Assembly (NCBI GenBank): GCA_051294375.1 | Contig: CM119265.1 | Location: 16,238,896-16,302,895, forward strand | DNA from: Paraspadella gotoi | Lineage: Eukaryota; Animalia; Chaetognatha | Direction of reading: 5' to 3' | Length of the DNA: 64,000 nucleotides | Shown here: positions 56,296 to 64,000 of the stretch, piece after piece | Layout of the letters: every line of letters begins with the position of its first letter | Numbering within the stretch: position 1 is the first letter of the stretch | Translations under genes and position numbers: made by a program | The notes under the pieces: generated by a model | The model's database searches: none | Seen by the model: only the letters and a program-made list of their open reading frames with translations | What the model was told of the DNA's origin: nothing

Positions 56296-59200
56296 AGAGA
56301 GAGGAGAACTCTCTTGATAAAGGGTCGAGGATTTGCACATGTATGACGAATGAGAAAACAAAGAAAGAAGTGAATGAACTGCGCGGGCAAGAGAAAAAAA
56401 GCAGCGGGAAAAGGGGAATTGATATCATAATTGAAGGAGAACATGTAATTTGAGAGAGAGGAGAAGAAAGAAAGAGAGATAAAGGATGATGATATATTAT
56501 GATGCCCGAGCTTATATGTATGCTCTTAGTGCAATCATTTTATAACGAAAATTTTCCTGCCGCACGAGCTGTCTTAGGCATTAATACTCATAACGGTTTA
56601 AAAATTTATTAGTACTACTACATTAAAAATCGCTGCCGCACGTGCGTTTTATGGGCGTGAAGAAGAAGAGAGAGAGAGAGAGAGAAGAAGAGGAGGAGAG
56701 ACGAAACAGCTGAGGAAAGGAAAGAGCCCTTCTCTTGACGGTCGACATGAACGACGAAAACCTGAATGTGCTTTTTTTATTCTACCTTTTTTTTTCGTTT
56801 AAATTTTGGACTCAATATTCTGCGACGCTGTCGCCGTCGGTCTTTGAGTCTTGTACGAAGCAAAAGCCAAGCGGAGAGAAATGCTAGATGACGAGCGGAT
56901 AATTTAGTCGAAGGAAAGAGGGAGAAAAAGTGGAGCTTTTTTTTTTCTTTTTTTTATTTTTTTGATGACGGAATTGACTGACATTACGTTCGACGGCGCG
57001 GATCGAATCTTTACCCCTATTCATTATAAATCCTTTTGATTGAAAAGAACGAGGCTCTCGACGCGTATTAGAAGGCAGGGGTTTTTTCGCTTGTGTTGTT
57101 TTTAAATTAAATATGGAATCGTATAGTCACAAGTGTATTTTTCTCAAGAAACTTTCGTTCGCCAACTTTCAATTCGATATTTTGTATCTTTAACTATTTT
57201 GAAGTTTTCTTTTCGCTAATCCTTAGCGGCGATTAATTAAATCTTGCTTTCGAAATGATACAGTAATGCAGCACCCGCTGAATTCAACCACCCCCCTCAC
57301 TATAAGATGCTTAGAAGGGTGAGATGAAAGGAAAATTTCACAGCCTCGCTATCTAAGCAGAACGACTACAATTAAGAGCTTAGTAGGTGGATGACGGAAA
57401 ATATCACAGGGCCTTGCTATTGAGCGAAACGACTACACTATAGAAAGGCTTAGTGGTGGATGACGGAAAATATCACAGGGCCTTACTATCGAGCCAGAAC
57501 CATACACTTAAAGAGCTTATAAGGTGGATGACGGAAAATATCACAGGCCCTCTATCCGATCCAAGAACGACTAACTGTAAGACTCTCAGTATGATGCGGA
57601 ATAAGTATCACACTCTCCTATCGGCCGAATGCTCATTCGAGATGCGGATCTAGTGGGTGTAGAGGTGGAAAAGTATCACAGCCCTTCACAGAACGACTCT
57701 AAGCTAGGGGGAATATCACAGCCTTATCGCCGAAGATCACTAAGAGCATAGTGAGACGAAATATCAAGGCCTGCTATCGAGAGCTAGTGGTATACTTCAT
57801 AACGGAAAGCCCTATCAGTTGGCCGATCTCTTCGAGAGATACGATTAGAGAGGAAAGCACCTCGTCACGCGAATCTAGAGAGAGGCGTGTACGTTACGAG
57901 AAGACGAGGCGGCGCGGCTGGTGGTGGTGGCGGCGGCGCGGCGGCGGTGGATGAAATCGGTGGCTGCATTGGCGCGGGGCGACTGTGACCAAAACTGATT
58001 TTATTCGATTGGTTGTAATTTCAGTTTTGCTTACTTAACGTAGCTTCACTTCAGTTCAAATCATCCAATATTGTTAACACTGATAAATGTTGAGTCTTAC
58101 TGTCAAGCAACCGTTTTTACCGTTAAAAGAATAAAGATGGGAGACATTTTCTTTTTAAAGGACGCTGCCGATTGTTCCCGCCTATTTGAAGAACAAGTAA
58201 TTATTAAATTGAGTGTAAACGTTTCATATTATACAGTAACTGCAGCTTCGGATCAGCTTACCTCATTACTAGGCTGGTTAAGCCGCCCGTCCTCGAACTG
58301 CAGACGACCACCGGGCTAGAACCCCGGCCTTCATGTTGGAGGCGAATGAACTTGCATCCGCACAATGCCGATGAACGGTTGGTGGGATTTCAGTCCACCA
58401 TCACCTCCCTCCCGTGAAGAATGTCTGTGCGTCTCTTCAGTGAATTGTTGTTTTTGTTGTGTGAAAGTGCCGTTCACCAAGTTGATGCATTCGCCTGAGT
58501 TTGAGGGCTGGAAAGTGCAAGTCGCCAGTTGAGGCATGCGCCTTGAAAGTGTTGTTGTTCGTTGTTCTGGAAGTCGGTCTCAACCATGAAAGGAGACGTA
58601 ATATTTTAGTGTTAGTGATAGAACGTTCAATATAAGCATCCTGAGCTCGGAATAAGGCTGTACACGCATGATAACAGGCGGTTAAGCGCCCGTTCCTCTT
58701 AACTGCCAGACGACCACCTGGCAGAGACCCACCTTTTGGTTGAGGCGAATGACTTGCCTCCGGACATGGCCTGCTGCATTGAATGCGGTTGGTGGTTTAG
58801 TCACCATACGTATTCAATCATTTTGTGCGATCTTTTCATAAGCCCTCCGCTAACGGGGTTCAATTTGCGCGATTTCTGGCGATTAGTTAGTTTCGGTAAA
58901 GAAATCAATTATGGTTGCAGTGGGAAGTTCAAGCTTGCCAAGATAAAGCAGGTTCCAAATGCAAGTTTAAATGGTCTGGCTTTTGCGTTTGTAGCTCGTA
59001 CTGTTTTCCTTTGACTTGGAGGTTTATATAACAGTTATCCCTTGTGTACTTCGTTTGTGATAATAAGCAAAGGGACTTTAGTACGCAGCATCTCGTCGAA
59101 ACCTTGGTTGCGCGGTTCGTCGACTCAAGCTTTTTCCGGATCGAACCGAGACCACGATGGGACGGTGCTTAGCCTTTCGGCACAGTGATAAGCAATAGCA

Positions 59201-59830
59201 AATGGTATTGATTGATTAAGTTATTTGAACTAATTTCTTGTTAAATCTAAAAACTACGTATTTCAAAATGTAAAAAAATATTTATATCTAATTACTAAGA
59301 CACTGTTTATATTGTTTTCTGTGTCAAAGTCGATTGTTTCTGTCATACTCTAAAGTGTAATCGGATTGTTATGAAATTGAAATGAAAGGGTTGAACGAAC
59401 TTTCGATTTTTCGTGGGCGTTGAAAAGATTAAAGGAAGAAGCGGCCTAATTTAAAATGGGTGGATAAAAGAATTAAGATAGAACAACCATTGTTATAAAG
59501 GATGACACTTTAACAAGCAAAAGCAGCTCTAATCCCCCTTTTTGCCAAAATTCTCTTCCCTCTCTCCTCTCTCTCATCTCCCCTCTCTCCCCGTCCTAAT
59601 TGTTTTTTTTCCAATTTGGAGAGGATCGCTAAAATCAGATCAAGGCTTTCTCCATATTAGTCTTACCTCGAACACGCGGAAACTCCCTCTCGCTCGCTCT
59701 CGTTCTGCCGTCGGCGAGAAAGGTTGTCCACGCGTCTTGGTCCGCGTTTGCCTGGTTGTCATGCTGTCGTGCTTCGTGTTTCGCTCTGTCTATCTCCGAC
59801 GATTAAGTGGGTTTGCGACCTCTGCGCGTT
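53839..59830 (+). repeat. Indel-rich tandem duplicate of ~48170-53813 (probable assembly/haplotype artefact)
   Basis: Collinear with copy 1 (48200 aligns to 53882) but full of 1-bp indels. It begins at the N gap, and the MYND exon copy at ~57815-58020 is garbled. Confidence 0.9.
58187..58817. mobile_element. ~630-bp insertion present only in the second copy
   Basis: Interrupts cccgcctatt|atcattttgt, which is intact at ~52755-52772. Ends are tgaa...ttca, and it carries an internal ~130-bp direct repeat (~58270-58400 and ~58676-58808). Confidence 0.65.
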
Positions 59831-62800
59831 CGCTTGTCGCGCGCGAACATCGGAATTATCCTAGGACAGTCCGGACAAGACGCCAGCGCCTTCGCGACTT
59901 TTGCGCCGTCCAAGAAAAGGTCAATTGCTGATCCTAAGATTGTGTGTTGGGTCAATCACATTTTCTGTGACGCCTAGCGGTTTTGGCATCTGGGGTCGAC
60001 GTGCGTTTCATTTCCTGACATATATATGGTCGTATGATTGGTAAATTAAAAACTAAAGAGGGGTTGGCTGAGACAACCTGATTATATTTTCGAGGTAAAT
60101 TTAATATTTAATATATTTAACATGTATAGATAGATCATTGTGGACATGAAGTTGGCTCAATCTGGCTCAAACTAAACTTTTGTTACAAAAATTTTCACTC
60201 ACCACACCACGCCATGTTAAAGCCGTGAGTCCAAAAGAACAAAAACAAATTCGAGCCCAATTCGTCTAAATCTGCCGGAAAAACAAAAGGGAAACGAGCG
60301 GAGATCGTTGTGGCGACTCAATTCGGCGAGGTGTCGCTGAGCGGCAGAAGTCTCCGGGCGAATCGGGCGCTTCACAATTAGACGAGGATGATTGAGAGAG
60401 AGAGACTGAGAGGAGAAGATGAGAGATCTGAGATGAGAGCAGCAGAGAGAAGAGAGTGATGAATACTCGTTTTAGGTAGGGGGTAGGCAGCAATACCTAA
60501 AATTAAAACGTTATTTATTCATTTATCCAGCGGGACGTTTTAAATGCACGTGAGTAGTGATAATTACAAGATTTTTAAACGCCATTCAGCCAATAAAATT
60601 ACCACTATTCTTTGCGCGCATCCTGAGTAATCTTACTCGTATATGCAAATTATGCGTCAAAGAAAACTTAAAATGTACAAAATGAATGTTTTAGATTACT
60701 GAACTTATTGATAAATATATGACTATAATCTATGCTAACTAGTTCAAATAATCGTATTACAAGCTCACTAACCTCTATATTTATACAAACTTTTTATGAA
60801 CATAATGCTGTTATCTTAAATATACTAATTTAATCTATCTCCTCGCTTATGTAATTTCTTTTCTGTTTCGTTGCTGTTTCGGAATTCGAGTATAAAGCAG
60901 GAGAGTTTTTTATTTTAACTCTAGCAAAAAAAGCTAAACAATAAATTAATTTCCAAGATTATTTATTGCCTAACAGAGAATTAAGGCCATAGACTCATAC
61001 AATCAAGAAAATCTTGACAATGTGTCATTCATTTCAAATGTTTTCTATATGCTATCTTTTGTCAAAGTAAATCAAAAGTGTGATCACTCTCGATGCTTTA
61101 GTTAGAAGTGGTATTTTTTTGAGAAGAAACGAAAGAATTGACATGCTGTATTCAACTTTTAAAATACGAGTCTTTGTATTTATTTCTTTCATTTCCTTGC
61201 ATAGTGGTGAGCATTTAAAGTAAAAAGTTTTTATTTTTTATTGTCATACAAACAAATGTAATTAGCTTATGAAAATGACGACAATGTTTTGGCCTCTTTT
61301 CGTCTCTCTTTTCTTCTCTCTCTCTCTCTCTCTCTCGTCTCTCTCTCTCACTTCTCTATACCATTACTTTTTGCGCAATAAGATCTTTGTTGAGAATTTT
61401 CAAATTTCAAAATTTTTGCGCGGGAAGTAGGCCTAACCAATTATAGCCGTTAACATGTGTTTTCATTACTAATTTCCATTTGTTATATGAAATAAAAATT
61501 AAAAACTTTTACTTAGTCCTTTTTCTCATCTTCGAAAGACAGCATGAGCTCCTTAAACTTAAATTCCTCTGGTGAAAAGGTTTTTTCTTTTTCACCACCT
61601 GCAGAGTACGAGCATTCGCAATTATCGCTCTGCTTGAGTCTCCAAAGCCACATTTTCCGAACTTGTTATTCATGAATTTGTGTCTTCAAAAATATTAAGA
61701 TTTTGCTGAATTATTAAGAAATAAGCCTTTGGAAATTTGTTTCATCAACAAATTTTATTTTATATACGCGACATGTTTCGACTCTTGTTGCGTTGCCCGA
61801 CGTCTTCATCATCTTCATCATAAACTCAACGAAAAAGAAAGGTAAAATTACATATGCTCGCGAGTGGAAATTTATTCGTAATTTTCACTGTTTCTCTAAG
61901 ATTTGGAGAGCCACAAAAAAAAGCCTGTTCACTGGACGGCCCATCTCGAATTCTTCAAACTGGCGTGGCCGTAGGAAAACCAACAATTTTTCTGCATTTT
62001 CAAGATATAAAAAAAAAACTTCCATAAACAAAAACAAGATAAGGTTCTGGCTTGAGCTTCTTTTAACCCAAATTATGGGCTAAAATTGATTCATTCATAA
62101 AAAATCAAATTTAAAAAAAACTTATTGCGCCTTCAGGAACGCTAGGTTTACTTGTAAAAAATGTTATTATTTTTTAGCCTCGAGTGAGTCGCGGCGTTTC
62201 CATGCATCGGCCTGGTTAGGATGAATAAGCCTTTTATATAATTTAACATAGACTCTAGAGAGCAAGGATTTCTAAATCACAAATATAATTCGTAAAAAGT
62301 TGGAATAAATGATGATATAAATGCTCACGCTGGAGATACGTCTTTCAAGAGACAATAATAATGAATGGCAAAATAAATTTTTACAAAAATTTGTATTATG
62401 TAAAATCTCGCTTAGATTTTCATAAAAATCATAAAAACTAACGGTTTCATATGGCCGAATATTTCTTGCATAAACTAGAAACAGATATAAGGAAATAGAT
62501 AAACCTTTGAGAAGACTAGAACGAGTAAAAGAGACTGCGTTTTTGAAGACACCAACGGAAAAATGAACACGCCGGTGCACTGCATAGTAGCGGTCCCAAA
62601 TTCACTTAGATAATTATTTTCTCTTATAAGGCAGAAATATCATAAAAGTTTTGTCTGTTCAATTATCGATTGTATTTAAAATCGCACAATTTGGCCTCTA
62701 ATGCCTGGGAGACTTTCATCACTGTGCCGACAATAGGTAGATTGTAATAAACAGTTTTTAGTTGGGCGATCTGTATCGCAGATTGCCGACTCAGTATTAA

Positions 62801-63340
62801 TTCCTCTTTTGTCGCTCCGTCTGTCCAGCCCCCCAAATTCTTGTCCGGTAAATGATGATTTATTGAAGTCCAATGGACAGAACATTTGAAATTATTGATA
62901 AATTTATGCAAATCAAAAAAAAAAAGAAAAAACGATATCACCGTCCGGAAATGAGTCAACCAACTAAAGTCAAGTTCACTTTGAATTTTTACTTTTTTAC
63001 TAGCTTATCGATACTGTTTTAAATTCATTAAGTTAGATTAAACATGAAAAAATGTGATTGCAATATTGAGAAAAAAATCTGAAATGCAACGTTAAGAAAC
63101 ATGATGCGCCGATGGTGAAAACATGATGCAAGTTGAAATTAATTTAATATTTGCTTTATTTGTAAATTATCTACCATACTAAAAAGTTCCAGTGTATTAA
63201 GTAAACCATCTATGTATGACATAAGCTGTTATCTACATTCTTATATCGTACGAATTGTATTGCCTCCACTGTGATTAGCATGCACGAGAGCGATGACATA
63301 CCGAGCATTAGTTTGTCACGGAGACGAAGAGTGAAAATAG

Positions 63341-63371
<31 letters not shown>

Positions 63372-63490
63372 AAAAAAAAAACAAAAAAAAAAGAAAATAA
63401 AAAAAAAAAAAATAAATAAAAATAAAACATAAAAAAGTAAAAAAAAAAAGAATAGAAAAAAAAAAAAAAAGAAAAGGAATCAAAAAAGTA
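63341..63490. repeat. Poly(A)-rich low-complexity tract
   Basis: About 150 bp of near-pure A. Confidence 0.9.
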
Positions 63491-64000
63491 AGGAGAGAGA
63501 GTACAAAATGATGAGTTTCATAACAAGGAATTTTAGAGGAGAGATATTTAGAGATTATAAGTCCGACAGCTGAAGATAAGGATCAGGATTAGGAATTAGT
63601 AGATGAAGAACAACGTCGCACCATTTAATATTTATTCTCCGAAGAGCCCATTATGCCATCACGATCTCATAGATTGGGTCGGAGGCATTTTTTTTACCAA
63701 TCTTTTCCTAGATGTTAAGTCTACGTCTAATACTTCAGTATCTAAAATTTAAGAAATCGAAAAACATTTTTTCAACAAACAATTGAAATAGAGCCTTTTC
63801 GTTTCTTCTGCGATTGTTTTCCGCTACGCTGAAACTAACAAGAATATACGAGAAGGAAAAATGTCATATTAATTAATCGATTTTAAATTTTTGGCGCGCA
63901 AAGATATTGAGCATTATTTTACTCAATGTGTCTTATGGTTAATTATTTTATTAAAATGTTAGTTACGTCTAAAATTTTACGTCCCCTGCTGGAATCAAGC

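Noticed and set aside
57815-58020. Pseudogene copy of the MYND exon
   Set aside because: It lies inside the indel-rich duplicate next to the gap and is probably sequencing error.
62445-62602. GPCR-like DRY motif (IWDRYYAV) on the minus strand
   Set aside because: It is immediately preceded by an in-frame stop and no other TM helices could be assembled. Coding fragments may exist at 61500-63000 but are unsupported.

Overview
Eukaryotic, AT-rich invertebrate genomic DNA with intron-rich genes, long (GA/CT)n microsatellites and a 25-N scaffold gap at 53814-53838. Most ORF-track entries are microsatellite or antisense noise, so gene models were built by hand from splice sites and reading phases. 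Supported genes: the 3' exons of a + strand gene ending in a PDZ-type motif (-STEV*); syntaxin-8 (minus, one GC-AG intron); a tight cluster of a 6-Cys three-finger (Ly6/uPAR-like) type I membrane protein (minus, here TFP-B), a secreted S1A serine protease (plus, head-to-head, 365 bp between ATGs) and a second 6-Cys three-finger membrane paralog (plus, here TFP-A) starting 226 bp after the protease stop; a type II membrane pentraxin; and a ~910-aa helical/acidic protein with a C-terminal MYND-type zinc finger. Repeats include Helentron/DINE-1-like elements, a 962-bp TA-flanked foldback MITE, a tRNA-derived SINE, minimal Penelope-type hammerhead motifs and several minisatellites. 53839-59830 is an indel-rich second copy of 48170-53813, probably an assembly or haplotype artefact. 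The best candidate for an undescribed system is the three-finger receptor / Arg226 protease / three-finger receptor cluster; its functional linkage is inference only.
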